The notes beneath the pieces are model-generated. The model saw only the letters and a program-made list of their open reading frames with translations, was not told the origin of the DNA and did not search any database. From the NCBI GenBank assembly GCA_964035545.1, contig OZ037772.1:8797150-8861149 (forward strand): a DNA stretch of 64,000 nucleotides, given 5' to 3'. Within the stretch, counting starts at the first letter, position 1; each line of letters starts with the position of its first letter. This DNA comes from Bugula neritina (taxonomy: Eukaryota; Animalia; Bryozoa). The position numbers were made by a program, and so were the translations under genes. This document shows, in pieces, positions 25,501-63,953 of the stretch.

Positions 25501-28500
25501 GTTATTACATTGTATAGAATCATTATACAGTACATAAGATTGTTATAATATATAGTACATAGAATTAATATATATTAATAGAAGTACATATAATTGGTTA
25601 TATATATTATATAGAACCATTGTTATATAGAGTACATATTATAATCATAAACTTATTATAACAAAGTCGAGAGTACTCAGCCTGTGACTGAAATACATTG
25701 ATTGTGCAGCGATAAACACTTTCTATATAAGCACAGATACCAAGTTTTTTTCTAACTCATATAGCTTCAATCTTCTATCAATCTTATAGAATATATACAC
25801 GGCTGTCAAGAATCTACAAAGTGCACAAATTTTGCTTAGTATTACTATATAGGCCTATATAGATTTTGGTGTTATACTTTGTTTAATTTATTACAATATT
25901 TTGAACATTTTGCTACAACACTGTCTCCATATTTTGACAAACACTCTGTATGCCATACTTTGTTTGGCTCCAAAATATAACAATTGTCAATGATTACAGT
26001 TATCTTAATTATTATGTCATTTATTAGTAAAAGAAGAAGATAGAAGGAGAGGCTCTTCTTGCTCAGAGAGTGGAGACTGGATAATCAGTGAAAATTATGG
26101 TGATGAAAGTTGTCCTTCAATACTTAATGGTGAGAGATTGAATTATTCATAATAATACTTCTTAGGAAAAACTATTTAAATGCTATAATAACAAAGAATA
26201 TTTAAAACAAGAATTATAAATTATGCATGGTGCGCTTGCAATAAAGCTCACCAACAGGAAATAATCAAATACAAGCGTGTCAAAAAATGACAAATGTAAA
26301 AGACCACTTATAATTTGAGGTCATGAGATGACAGTAATACATCTAATCATTATTCTGTCCTATATCTTTATGCACAGCTTTCATACTTGCGTTCTAAAAG
26401 CTATACTAGATCTATTACTGACTGGTTTTGTATTGTCAATCATTTTTTCCCACTGTACAATCTTTGCTCATGAATGCATGTGGCCTCTAACAATTTAGTA
26501 TATAAGAAGAGAAGTGGAGAAAAAAAATGTAGGCTTAAGAAATGAAGACTTAAACATAATACCAAAATATTAACATATATATAACAGCTTAAGCTATAGA
26601 ATAAAGATGGAAAGCAGGTTTTAAGCAGTTACAAATAATATGAGCATATTAGAAACAATAATGTTTATAATATGTATCATAAAAAGGGCTTGCTGTAAAC
26701 AAAACTAGAGAATGAGTAAAATTTAGACCATTTGGCAGGCTAAACTCAATAACTGTTTATGCATTGCTTTGCCGCAAAACTGCAGCTGCAAAGTTTCCTC
26801 TTATATTATAGTTTATTTTGTGATTATAGCTAATTAGCAAGGTAACAAATTTTTCAGTGCTAAAACTATTTTATTTTCCATGCAGCTAAATTAATATATA
26901 CAGTGTAATTTATTAATTAAAGCCAGGTGAGTTTAACAGCTATGGTTGCTAAGCCAATGGAAATTAAGCTGCTACACAAACCTTCACCTGAATTTTTAAT
27001 GGGCATGCATGCATGGCTTAAGGAAAGCTAGTTATTTATTGCAGCAATACTAATTAGTATACATTACGCAGTGCAAAACAAGGAGTGCATGCAGTATACA
27101 TAATATTACTAAGTATTTGTCATAGCCCTAAAGCTCTTGAAATTTTTATTTAGGCGGTGCCATGGAAACCATCAGTAAGAAGCTTGGCGAGGTAAAACTG
27201 GAGAGTAAACCAGCCAAAAGTGAAAGCTCAGAACGTAGGCTGATCAAATTATTTAACTAATTATATTGGTAAAATTAATACTTGTTTAGCATGAGGTTAA
27301 CTTTTATTACATATAAATGGTATGGCAGAGTACAATTAATTGCTATGTTTAGAATGTATATGAACTGCTTTGTGATGTTTTTGTCAGTCTTCATGTTAAA
27401 ATTTTATATAACTTTATTTAGTCAAGATGGTGCTCAAGATGACATTCCAGAAGACCTCCAGATACAAATAATCAATCAAATCTACCACACAATTTTAATA
27501 TAAACAGTGTGTATATAGTTACAACATTATTGATTAGTATATAACATGAACCCTAACAAACCAATTTAATTGGGGAAAAACGATGAAATTATATTTATAG
27601 CAATTTTAGAATTGTTTTAGAAGCTACAGAGCATGAAGTAATTGCTACTCAGTGTGCGGAGGTGTTTGAAGAAAGTGTCGTAAACAGTGAAAATGAAGGT
27701 TTGTGTAGTGTTGATCGAGTGTACCCATGCAGTAGTCTGTGGTGTAATTGGTTAGCTTGCCTACTTGCAAGCTGGAGGTCTGTGGTTCGAATCCCAGTTG
27801 GGACAATTATTTTACAAGCTATTCCAGCCTTTAGTGAAGTGTAGTATAGTACTCTTATATAAGGGACTTGAGAAGTCAGTGGAGTTTGGATTTAAACTGA
27901 AGGAATAGAGTCTCATTGTCAAACTTTTTAAAATAATTTCTAATAAAAAAAATAAAGGTGTCACCAGTTGAAGTACGTCTGGTTAAACAGTATGCAAATG
28001 CAATCCGTCACTTTCTGTTGTATAAAATTGAAAAAATATGATAAATGATGCAACAAAAAGAAGGCATAATCTAAGATATAAATGCACCATAAATTTGAGG
28101 CTTTACAATTTATAATTGATGAACCACTAACTTTTGTTCTCGAATTGTTTTAATGCATATTTATTGCAGCAATATTTTCCAAGACTTGAACGATTTTTGG
28201 CATATTTAACAGTCAAAACTTACAGAAGAATGTTTTCATACGTGAAACTGTATGAAAATTTATTTTAAAGCATTTGTTTTTCAGATGGTGTTGTACTTTA
28301 TTTTGGCACTGAAAGTTCATCACCAAGTTCACCTTATCAGCCAGCTCCTTACACATTGATTGAACTGATAGAAAGGTAGAGTATGTTAGATAGATAAACT
28401 AAAAGTATAACATACTCTGTTAACCTCAGCAATATGTATATGCACATGCACATGCACATGCACATGCACATGCACATGCACATGCACATGCACATGCACA

Positions 28501-31130
28501 TGCACATGCACATGCACATGCACATGCACATGCACATGCACATGCACATGCACATGCACATGCACATGCACATGCACATGCACATGCACATGCACATGCA
28601 CATGCACATGCACATGCACATGCACATGCACATGCACATGTATATGCACATGCACATGTATATGTATATGCATATGTGCCTCATTTGATTAAGTCCTTAG
28701 CCCGCTTTAACAAAACCCCCTTCCATCATGGCTTTCTCACAAGGATAGTGACTATAAACTTCCGTGAGTTTTTTTATATACATATGCATATGCATATGCA
28801 TATGCATATGTATATATGTATATGCTTGTGCATTTGCATGTGCATGTGCATGTGTATGTGTATGCGTATGCGTATGCGTATGCGTATGCGTATGCGTATG
28901 CAAATGCAAATGCGTATGCGTATGCGTATGCGTATGCGTATGCGTATGCGTATGCGTATGCGTATGCGTATGCGTATGCGTATGCGTATGCGTATGCGTA
29001 TGCGTATGCGTATGCGTATGCGTATGCGTATGCGTATGCGTATGCGTATGCGTATGCGTATGCGTATGTGTATGTGTATGTGTACGTGTATATTATGTAT
29101 ATGTATATGTGTGCGCATGTGTATTAGGAAGCACAATTATTTAAAAAGCAATCTATAAAGTGTAATATATCTGCTGTCCAGCTCATATTGTAACTAAATT
29201 TGTGGCAGATTCCGCGCTTTATGTTTTTTGTTTGTGTAGCACACCAGCACAATTTAAATGCAGTTTTGAAGTTTTGTTTTTTAAGTCAAGATTAATATTT
29301 ATCAAGTGATCATATTTTCAGTTCATTTAAGGAGAATGGCATAGGATTAGCTACCATTGAACAATCTGCTTTTGATTGGAGAAAGATATTAGTCCTTGGA
29401 ACAAATGTGCAGCAAATGAAAACAGCTCTTGTTGATATTCTAAAACGTGATGCAGAATTTTCCAAATTTGAAATAACTTTGCTTAATGACTCTATGCCAT
29501 TCACAATGAAACCATTAAACTGGAAAAAGCTGCTCACTTTAAACAAAAGAAAACTTGACAAATCTGACAATCAAACATGGACTGAACCTATCAAACAAAC
29601 TACATGTGAGATTTTTGTTATTGCTGACAAAACAAATGGAAAAAACTTTTCAAAATGCAAAACGGTGTGTGCTGTTTCTCCAGCACACCTTGTTCTCAGT
29701 GATGAGCAAAATAGAAATGCAGCTGCAGCTGATAGTAGCTATATGAAAAAGCTGTCAGCAGAAACAAAAGTTAATTCAAGATGTCCCTCTCTTCTAACAA
29801 ACTGTAACAAGCAAACATACAGACAGCTAGCAATACCACGCAATGCCCTAAGAGATGAAAACTGCAACAAAACCGATGCTCCAGAAAACGATCACACAGC
29901 CAACCCTGATGTTGATAGCGATGAGGAGGGAACATCAAACATGTTGGCTATTAGAAAAATTGTAGAAAGCAAATCAACAAGACGAAGCTATTTCATACAA
30001 GAAGAAACTTGCGAAGGTCGGGTGGTGGATCTTGATCACCCCATACTGTTGGGATATCGTCACTGGTACTGCAGACTATCTTCTTCAGATAGCAAAGAAG
30101 GAAGCTCATTGGTCGATATATGTCCAGAAATAAAGTGTGATGAACACAGTGCTACAACATGCCCTCATATCTTTATGAATGACATAGCACTTTTTCCGAT
30201 TGATTTTAAAGATGCTGCATTTTGTAATGAAGTTTTGATAGAAGAGAATAATCTTTCTACAAATTTTTCCCATGAACTGTTAGAGATTAATACAGAAAAG
30301 CAATTGGCAGATTTGAATGGTAAAGAAATGATGGTAAAAGGGATAGAAGGACGAGTGGTTCTAAAATGTTATAGAAAACCCGGACAGGTGCTGGGAAAAC
30401 ACATCTGCTTTTCTTTGACAACTACTGATTCTACTGGCAAGTTAATGTAAGTATAACATGATATTTGTGGTCGTTTCGCTCAGTGGCATCTGTTGTGTAA
30501 TGGTTAGCCGAATGCTTGCAAATGTAAGGTCTTCGGTTTGAATCTTAAGGGCGGAGGGCAAAACTTTTATAAGCCATTCTGGTATTTAGTCAAGTGTAGT
30601 AGTATAGTACTCCGAGGGAGTTTAAAGGCCAAGAAAGCCTGAGAACTGAAGGAGTAGTAGAAAGGCCAGTGGGGTTCAGAGCACTGAGTGGGGTGTAGCA
30701 TTGAGTTTACCCAGTTGTCTTTGTGGTGTCAATACGGCTTATAGTGCGCCTGCTTGCAAATTAGAGGGTTGGTGTTCAACTCTTATAGTGATAGCAAACG
30801 TTTTAAAATATTTATCTTCCTGCTACCATTAATCATTAAAATATGAAATTAGCAATTATTGTTAGTGAAGAACTCTCTAATATTATTCCCTTATTTTGAA
30901 GGACGCTAAAACCAGGAGATTGTGGTACCATAATCTATATTAAAGAAAGAGACGTTTTCAGACCTGCTGGAATGTTGGTTGGAGAGGTTCTCAGAACTGT
31001 GAACAAGCCAGGATTTTCTTCTCCAGTTTATCAAGCAATAGTGCTCAGTCAAGCTTTTAAAGACGTTGAATGTGATTACAAGCACCAGGTTTTCAATATC
31101 GAACTCCTTACTAAGAGTCTGTCCACATAA
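19599..31130 (+). CDS. Paralog B: predicted N-myristoylated chymotrypsin-fold cysteine protease (about 654 aa). Exons 19599-19653, 20544-20573, 21154-21207, 21437-21502, 23570-23635, 24749-24814, 26028-26129, 27154-27234, 28285-28375, 29322-30446, 30902-31130.
   Basis: All junctions are GT-AG and the frame is open throughout. Starts MGNSDS. His AVSPAHLV (29686-29688), Asp NDIALFP (30181-30183), Cys KPGDCGTII (30921-30923), then AGMLVG and VYQAIVLSQAF. The last three exons are well supported by paralogy; the micro-exons are less certain. Confidence 0.75.
20057..20143. other. GC-rich imperfect palindrome/hairpin in a predicted intron of paralog B
   Basis: TGTCGGACTCCCG-AA-TGACCG-ACAAC-CGGTCA-GC-CGGGAGTCTGACA (20081-20127), bracketed by CCAAT...ATTGG. 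Confidence 0.7.
23720..24110 (-). mobile_element. Old CR1/L2-type LINE 3' fragment
   Basis: Minus strand near 23800-23840 reads NIYFNSFLPRTIRD, resembling the SFFPRTIRDWN C-terminal motif of these LINEs. Boundaries are approximate. Confidence 0.5.
27730..27890 (+). mobile_element. tRNA-derived SINE
   Basis: A-box TGGTGTAATTGG (27740-27751), anticodon-like CTTGCAA, B-box GGTTCGAATCCC (27784-27795). No proper acceptor stem. The 3' body (TTTAGTgAAGTGTAGTATAGTACTC) is shared with 30481-30680. Confidence 0.75.
28441..28675. repeat. (TGCACA)n hexanucleotide microsatellite
   Basis: Direct reading. Confidence 0.95.
28676..28766 (-). repeat. Short dispersed repeat; inverted copy at about 63866-63953
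   Basis: Reverse complement GAAGTTTATAGTCACTATCC..GAAGGGGGTTTTGTTAAAGCGgGCTAAGGAC..ATGAGGCAC matches 63866-63953. Confidence 0.8.
28780..29122. repeat. (TATGCA)/(TATGCG)n compound microsatellite
   Basis: Direct reading. Confidence 0.95.
30481..30805 (+). mobile_element. Two degenerate tRNA-derived SINE copies (about 30481-30680 and 30712-30805) in the last intron of paralog B
   Basis: TGTGTAATGGTTAG..GCTTGCAA..GGTTTGAATC and TGTGGTGTCAATACGG..GCTTGCAA..GTTCAACTC, similar to 27730-27890. Confidence 0.65.
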
Positions 31131-33746
31131 CCCTCTTTGAAGAGGATCTCACTAACCGTAGTAACTTTTCAACGTATCAAAACTAAGGAAAAACGGTCTA
31201 AACTATGAGAGGAGACATAGTGATGTATTATAAACAGAATACAGTCATAGCTTTGCAGGTTTTTGATAAAGTAATAAATTCTTCTAGTTCTTTTACTTGA
31301 AACCCAATTTAGGATAAGAAATGCAAAAAATTTGCGTCTATACTTATTTCTAAGAGCTATCTTTGATTGTAACATATTTGAGTTTATTGAATTATTATAT
31401 AGGCCTACTTATTTTGATGCCTGCAGAGCAATTCATTTGAGTAAAAAAATGATCTGAAACAGTAAAAGATTTAAACAGTGACATAACTGTATAGAAGCAT
31501 CAAAACTTCAAAAGTTTGAAAAGTGACTTATAGCAACCACAGGCAATGTTTCAAACTAATTAAACATTGCCTGTGGTTGTGAATACCATTATTGTGACTT
31601 GATTTTTAATTTAAAAAAGCTTTTAAAATCTATAACTTGGTGAAAAAAAATGATGTTTTTATCTTTGGTACTTATTTTTAATCATATTTTGCAAACTGTG
31701 TTGCATTCAGTGAAACAAAGAAATAATGCAGACACATGTGCTTTACATAGAAAGCATTCCATGCCTTTTTATTCATATAATATTTTTACAAATACAGATT
31801 TTTAATAATTTTAACGTAGCCTATATAATTTCTTTAATCAAAAATGTTTTTTAAGATTCTAATGTGAACTTTTATTTGATTTTTTTGCTGCTGTTTATCA
31901 TTTTATCTGAAACACCAGTAATAAAGTGCTCGGTCAAATTTATCCACAAATTAGAATATCAGCTATTTAATAAGACACACGCACACAAACGCACACACAC
32001 ACAAGTGCACACACACTCACACACACTCACACGCACACACACAGTCATACGCAATCACACACAGTCACCACAGTCACATGAATAAATTTTTAAAACCCCA
32101 AACCCCTTATGACGTGAGCATCGCAGCAATAATGAGTCAAATAAATTTGGCTTCAGTATAATGTAAAGTGTTATGAAGCAGGTGTGGCCAGTGCGTTGGT
32201 AAATATTATTATAAAAGCAATACAAGAAAAAGAAATATAATATATTTGCATATAGATTGAGCACTTGAGTGTGTAAATAGAGTATTACATAAATCAGAAC
32301 CCACTTCAAACAAGTTGTGAGTGTTATGCTGTACTGGAGAGAGCTCAGCCCAAATTACGAAACTGTGGATCACCACCAGACGAGTACCTTAATCAAGAGG
32401 TCATACAGGTGAGCTGATTATTTATATAATTTAAAAGCTTAAATTATACGATTTTGAATCTGACACTTTACTGCATGGTTAATAATCACCACTATATATA
32501 ATTAAGTGCTATCACTAATAAATTTTATGTATATTACACAGCTCAAGTAATTCAGTGAATATAAACATCACGAAGGAGCAAAAGTTATATAGTCATTTCA
32601 TTAAGCTAATTGCTACTAGTTGGGCATTAAAATTGACTAACGTAACTGTTTTGGTAGCTATAAATATTTTAGCCCAGTACTGAATTAATTGAGTGGCCTA
32701 TATAAGCTATTAGAAAACTAAATTCAATTAATTATGGCAATAAAAGCGTAACAATATTTACCTGATCAGAAACAGAGAGTACTCTAAAAAGCAATAAGCT
32801 TGAGTGCCAAACATGAAACACTTGAAGTTTTTCTCTAATCCAATAATTAAAGTCTAATATGTAATCAAAATTTCATGTTTTTGTCAAGTTTTTTAAATCT
32901 ATCATGACTGACAAAGCACTGTATATATATAAGATTTTCACCATAGCTTTTTACTAAAAATCTTTAGAGATCAGTTTTTGGAGCAAAGCAGATCTCAAAA
33001 CTAGAAACAGTAATCATTGGTAATAATTGGTTATAATTGTAAATCCGTTTCCAAGAGAGTAAAATTGTTAATAAAATCAAGCCTATTTGAACAAGTGATT
33101 GTTATTTACAACCTTAGCTACATGTATAGTCTTAATGTTCTCATATTGCATTGTTGATTATTGATACCCATTTATTTATAAGTATACCAATTGCGTTTGT
33201 GTGAGTTTAAAGCTTTCTAATTGCTTCCAAAGATGCAATGACGGTCAGCTTTGAAGATATGACCAAAAAAATTTACACTCATTTTATGTTTATGTCTTCA
33301 AAATTTAGGAAAAATTGGTACGATGTAAGAGTTTTGTCTAAAATAATGTTTGTTAAAATACACATTTTTCCTGCCTAAAAATTTCGTATTATACTATTTG
33401 CATAACCTACTTATCATTTTCTAAGGCTGTGGCATAACTTAATATTATTATGATTCTTAAATATATATATATTTGTTACTTGTTTTACTTTGAATAATCT
33501 AAGCAATAGCAAACAAAAAGACAAAATACTATGTATACTCTCTGTTTGAACAGTGAGCTTAGCTTGGCATTTTATATTTTATAGCCTTATACAATAGTGA
33601 AGTAGGCATGAAAGTTAATATATGTCGCGAAGGGTTTTGTGATGATTAGGAGCTAAAGATTTATATACTTTGCATGTTATACTGCTTCTATAGGGATTGT
33701 AGCAGTATTATATTATATAGTATATGATATTTGGCTAAGTATTTGT

Positions 33747-34391
<645 letters not shown>

Positions 34392-34998
34392 GCAAATATT
34401 TGAAATTTAAACTAAATGCAGTTTATGATGATAGACTGTTAAACAATTTAATTTTTGACTAAAAATCATGAAGATATAAACGCAACTTAACTGCAGGCTG
34501 CATGTTTGATTGTAGCATGTGTAGAAATCAGACATTTAAAATATTATGGTTTAATTTTCACTCAAATTCAAATAATATACTAATTTTAACTTTATACCTT
34601 TAAGGGCCACGTAAATGTAGGCTGGAGCTACACCTGGCCCTAGGGCTGCCTGTTATGGTATATTGATTGCTACAAAAGTCGCAGCATAAGTATGCAGTAG
34701 AATAAAATAAGAAGGGAAGCAAATTAATTGCCCAATATACTTGAACATTATTACTAAAACTTACTTCAGCAGTTGATCATTAAGTGTTTATATCCAACTA
34801 TATGTGGGTGAATAATTTTTTGGTATATGGCATTTTCATACAGTCAATGCTAAATTGAAGAATTGTTCTTGAGCTATAAGTGCAAATTTTTGTTTTGTAG
34901 ATTTTGCTGACATTTTTAGCAAGAACCAAAAAAAAGTTTTGCATATCTTTATAAAGATTTGAGGCCTGGATATATATATTAATTCTTTTTAATCAAAG

Positions 34999-58239
<23,241 letters not shown>

Positions 58240-60371
58240 AATTGAATTTCTTATAGTTTTCCTATTAAATGACTAAAATGTGCACAACTACAACTGCACT
58301 TATATAGTCAAATAGTACACATTTCACACTTAATTAAGACTGTCAGCTAAATTAAAGCCCTCACAATTGAGAATTTTGAAATAATTCTTTTTTTAAATTA
58401 TAGTTTGTTGCACAATGCTTCAATTTAAGTCTGCCAACATTGCCTATTTATTTTTAAAGTTATTATTCTGCTACCAAATAAATTTATGTAAAATAATAAT
58501 TAGCCATTTACTGGAGGTTTTATCACACTACTTGCTGTTTTTTGGACTATGAAATTTTTAAAGTGTAATTTTGCCGATTATTCTATATATTAAAGATTAA
58601 AGATTAAATGTTTTAATTTTTCTCACCATTCTTTTGTCAATTTACCTCAAACACTAAAATTTATTGCTTTTAAATGCAAATTTTACCATTGCTACTAGAA
58701 CATATTTTCAGAGTACGGTCTTTCTAAACTATAATGTTTCTTTGATACTCTATCTAATTTTTTACTAAATAAAACTGACTGTTAAATATTTATATATACT
58801 AGCCTATTTAAACTGTTATTATGATACACACGTCTATTTATTTATAAAATTGTGTAGTAATTTAGGCGATCAAACCTAACACATTTCTAATAGTTTACTT
58901 TACCAATTATAATTTAATTTTTTTAAACTCTTTCATTATTTATTGCAAAAAATATACATTCGAGCATGTGTGCGTTTAATAACTTATGTGTTTTTTCTAC
59001 TATTTTTAATTTATAAAACTCTTATTTTGTTGCTTACATATTAATTGCTATATGTTTTAAATAGCAAAATACATTTATCAGCTAAAAATATATTGCAATT
59101 ATAACAAAATAGTATGTCGAGTAAAAATTGTGTCTATATAGAAGGTTTTGCTTATTTGTGTGTGATGTTTCTTCAACACATGCAACTGCAGCTTGTGAGC
59201 AGTTTACTTGTCAATTGCAACATTAATTGGAGGTTATAGAAAAAGACAATACAGTAATTTTAAGGTTGTCTCACCCAGTCCTATAGTAGCTTGCATTTGC
59301 TTTACAGTTTATAGTGCAAAGCATTAAGTTTTATCAATTTATACCAAACAATTCTATATCAAGCAACAAGTATAGCCAGTAATTAATAAAGAGTTATTCA
59401 CTGTAACCTTTAGCTTTTCTGTGAAGACAGTGGTTGTGTAATAAGTTGTGACTGATGCTTTTTTACGTTATGCTACAAAATGTGTACATGTTTTTTGATA
59501 ATTTAGACTGTAGTTTGTAAAAAATGCTGATTTATAAATTTTTGTCTGTTTTAATCATGCAGTCAGTGCTTAGTGCTTGTTAAATTATCGAGTATTAATA
59601 ATAAACAATAAAAAATATCAAAGAATATGCTATCAAAGAGCACGGCTCAAGTGAAGCTATCTGATATTGTTATGAACAGAAAAAATACCACCCATCAGAA
59701 AACTTTATTGCTTAAGTAAAAAAACTATAAATGGGAGCTCTACAAAAATTCAGTAACTCAAAAAATAATAGCCTTTGCTTCTTGGTAAACTAACCTTTGA
59801 TGTGTAGCTTATAAAAGCAATTGAGTGAATAAAAAAAATAAATTACAATAAATTAAAGTTAACGCAAATCTAGAGTAAACTGTTATATATTCTGCTTATG
59901 ACCAGTTGCAAGCTAAAGAATTGCAAGAAATTGAATTAGTAATTACAACGTTTATGCTTAGCAGATTTAAAAAAATTAAGTTCTCTCTTGTGGGGCAAAC
60001 TCTGCTAATTAATACATCATTTCAAATGTGCCTTTTTGGCAGGTTCAGCTTTCTATCTGATGTAGCGAGATTTAGCAGTTTTTGATAACAGTTTGTGGAC
60101 TGTAGAATAAAATGGCAAAATAAAAAGCAATTATGTTGCACTATTGTTGTGTTTAGTATACCTAAATATCATAAATGCTAAATAAAAATAGTTAGAATTG
60201 TGCTCTCCTGTAACTTCAACAAGATGGCTAAACTGAGAAGAACCAATAAAGCGCTTTAAATTATTTTAATAAAAAGCAAAAGTTTATTCAGTGAAATAAT
60301 AATAGAGTGAACTGATAACTATATTTAAAGTTTACAGGAGCTCGCAAGTAAAACTTGGCGTTATATATATA

Positions 60372-60410
<39 letters not shown>

Positions 60411-60922
60411 TTATAAGGCAAATCATCATAGCCCGATTTTATACAATTAAGATTATAATAATGTTGGACAAAATTCCAAAATATTGTATCAATTAGGTTT
60501 TAGACGTAATCATAGTATTGAATATTGCATAATTTAATGAAAAACAGAAATAAAGAGTGTTAAGAAAGTGAAGCAATTCCTTCAAAGAACTATATTTGTT
60601 GAATACAAAAAATAACAATATAATATTCCTATATAATATAATAGTACAGGCTGCCATTTGCAATGGTCACTTTATATTATAATGCTGAGACAGATTATGA
60701 CTTGTATATAGACTGATGTATGTAGAGTTGGTGTGTATAACACTACTTTGAAGTTGTTACAGGAACTTAATTTGTTGAGTTTCCTACAGATTTTTAGACT
60801 ACCAGCATATGCTAAGATACAGTGAAACTTTTCATATAAAGATTATAGGCTGAGGACACAATATAAACTGTGAATATCCGTTCATTTAGAGTGCAGCTTT
60901 CACAGCGCATAGATTCTCCACC

Positions 60923-63670
60923 ATGGGCCACACAAGATGCGCCATTAAAGCTGTTATCTCATTAGCTGCTTTGTTATTAGCTAGAAATATCGTATCTGCT
61001 AATCGTACCTGGGAATCTTCTCTTTATCAACCAGGTAAATTTTATAATTTAAGACTTTCAGCTTACTTACATATTACTTTATTAATTTTTCAAAATTGCT
61101 TAAAACTCAAAGTCAATCCGCAACATATTTGCTACGTAATCAATTTGTTTATCAAATCTTCTTATTATAGGTAGATTAAATGTTTGTTATCATTTGAAAT
61201 ACAATTGCCAGTTGTTGGTAAACTCTGTGTACAAACTTCCACTAGAATTGAAATAACATTAATTGCATAATTAACAGTTAGGGAACATTATTTTAGGTGC
61301 TAAAACTATACTGCCCAAAAAGTACACAATTAAAGAATAATATGGCTTTAGTATAAATGAACTTAGAAACCTCTCACTACTGATTGATATGGTTGATGTT
61401 TCAAATGTACTATTAGGCATTTTAACAAAATGATTTACTAATTATTTAAAGCTAAATTTTGTCTCTATTATTATTTGAAGGTGTTGAATCTATAGAGATT
61501 GTAAGATCAGCACTTGAGGGAGGGTCACAACTATCTTATGACTGTCACAAAGCTCTCTCTCAGCTCTTAGCTAATCATACTGACCTTGATGTACTTCAGT
61601 GTAAGTTTCACATATATAACTTAGTAGTTAGTAAATGATGATGTTTTCAACTCTATTTTTGCCCTAATATATGAACATATTTTCTTACAAATGCTATTTT
61701 ATATGACTTGTTATAGCACAGTTTACAGTATTTCAATAGAAGATACAATAGCACTAATTATATAGTAGTTAGTCAATATGATTTTATTTTTTAGTTTATT
61801 GTTATCTACTCAGAGTTATAGTATACTATAGGCAGTAGTAAATGCTTAATATTGCATGCAGAAGCGTGAGTTATCTGTGAAGGTATATATTGGACTCTAT
61901 AAATAGTAGGTGTTTAGAGTCACCTCATTACACTTCAGTGCATATACGTACCAGACTAGTCACTAAAATACTTTTAATTATTTTCACACAAAGTTCTATA
62001 GTCCTATAGTCAGCATGTAAAACTAATCATAGTGGTGTACCTTCCTCTGTAGTTAATTTTAGGTCTTATGACTCAACATTACATACTTTATAGAGATTAT
62101 CAGCCTATATTACTGCCGTATTTTTATAAAATTTAGGCTCAATAGTTTAATTTTAAAACTTAATTGTTATAGAATCTTAAATAATTATAGATTTATATTT
62201 TTGAATCAACTTTAAACTTTTCAAAAACAGATTTTGATTCTTGGGGCAGAGTGGGTTCTGGGCGAATTGTTGGACATTCTCGATATCCAGGAAATTATGA
62301 TGAATGCATGCATGTGAAGAGCTCATTGTTACCTCAACTGAAGACTAAGTACTGCACCGCTATTCTAACTATTGTAAGTTTTATAGGAAATAGTCCTCTG
62401 GCCAGGACGGCTATTAGTCGTATTTAACTATATTGATATATAATATGTTGAAAGCAAAGCCGAAATAAGATGGCAGCAATTAATTGAGAAATTTACGCTT
62501 ATGACTCACAAAATGTATAAAGCCTCAGCCATACAAAACATTTAGATGCCATGTATCTCTTTATAGGTAAAAACTACTTCAAAACTACAACAGCATTGCA
62601 AATAAATTACCTTGTCACAACACCTTAGACTGGTGTTTTAAAACTCAGTAGAATATATTAGTGTTCCTTGCCCTCAAATACTATTAAGTTATACCGATGC
62701 AAAAATAAAATCCTATATGTTATATTTTTTCAATAGAAAAGCACACAAACTAATAGTGTATTAAAATTGTCAAACTACTAGAGATTAAACTGTTTAAACA
62801 TGCAAGCAATCAGCTAGAACTCTGAATAGCTTACAATAACTTTGTAGCTCTGTTAGAGCAATGCATGTATAAGCTGAAATTGTTTCTACAAAACTTATCA
62901 GAGCTTTACAGCAAAACTAGGCAGGTTATCTTATAGAAGGCTAAGCCTTAACCTACTTTATTTCATTATGCCATATAACAATACCGGGCATTCTATCTGT
63001 ACTTATATTTCAGCCAGGATCCACTCCATTACAACTGGGAGTTTGTTCCCCACAACAATGTACCCCAGAAGATCTGTCACAACTCTACAACACATCTGTA
63101 CAAGATACTACAGTCAGTGTAATCTGTCAGAGTCAAGATTATAAACTACCTGCAGGGAGCATTGCTGCTCTGTAAGTGTTTAGAAAACTATTTATCATTC
63201 AATGTATTGCAAATACATTAATTAACTATAATTACTCAATTTTTTCCATCAGTAGCTTCAATTTGTAAAATTTTTAAATTTAATTTTTTATAAATTTCTC
63301 AGTGCATATAATAAGATTTTTTTTGGTTTACACATTATCATTGATATTTAGAAGAAGTTCGAATTATCATTTGCAAATAATTTGTCCAAATATTTCTATA
63401 ATTACATAAGTGTTTGCTATATATTTCAACTTTTTTATCTGAAACCGTACTATACTGCATGCATTAATTAATCAACTCTTAGTTTTTGATGCAAAACTTG
63501 AAACAGGTGTGCAAGTTTTTCATGTGATGTACATTTTCGGCAAATTTTTAGAGTTGTTGTTGGCATTGTGGTATTGTTTGCACTTGTTGCGACTGTTTGG
63601 GATGGAATCTATCAGATCGTAGAACATTCCAGAAATAGTGACTCACAAGAACATAAATCCCTGAGAACTG
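60923..63670 (+). CDS. nrf-6: Nose-resistant-to-fluoxetine-6 / O-acyltransferase-like (NRF domain) protein, 5' partial. Exons 60923-61034, 61481-61600, 62231-62373, 63014-63171, 63552-63670; continues beyond the window.
   Basis: Signal peptide MGHTRCAIKAVISLAALLLARNIVSA. NRF motifs YFDSWGRVGSG..GNYDECM..KYC and LGVCSPQQCTPEDL, then TM helix VVVGIVVLFALVATVWD. All GT-AG junctions are phase-compatible. Confidence 0.88.
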
Positions 63671-63865
63671 GTGAGAATTACAGTTCCATAACACTTTTTC
63701 ATTCTTAATAACTGGAGCCTACAGCAAAAGTTTCAGAAGCACTATAAAAATTTACAGTAAAACTTTTAACAATTTACTGAATTTCTTATTCTAATAACAA
63801 TGTTGCTCTTTGATTTTATATTAATCGAGTTACTATCATATACTTTCTCATTTGTCAATCATTTA

Positions 63866-63953
63866 CAGAAGTTTATAGTCACTATCCCTCTGAGAAACCC
63901 CTGATAGAAGGGGTTTTGTTAAAGCGTGCTAAGGACATCTTTGAATGAGGCAC
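63866..63953 (+). repeat. Short dispersed repeat, inverted copy of 28676-28766
   Basis: See 28676-28766. Confidence 0.8.

Noticed and set aside
27422-27503. Additional exon of paralog B (QDGAQDDIPEDLQ)
   Set aside because: No GT donor before the stop codon and the phase is unclear; similarly 23489-23528 has an in-frame TAA.
27730-27805. Functional tRNA gene
   Set aside because: A and B boxes are present, but acceptor and anticodon stems pair poorly and the 3' body recurs in degenerate copies, so it is a SINE.
28349-29158. ORFs with MC/HV/MH/MR/YA dipeptide runs
   Set aside because: Translations of hexanucleotide microsatellites inside an intron.
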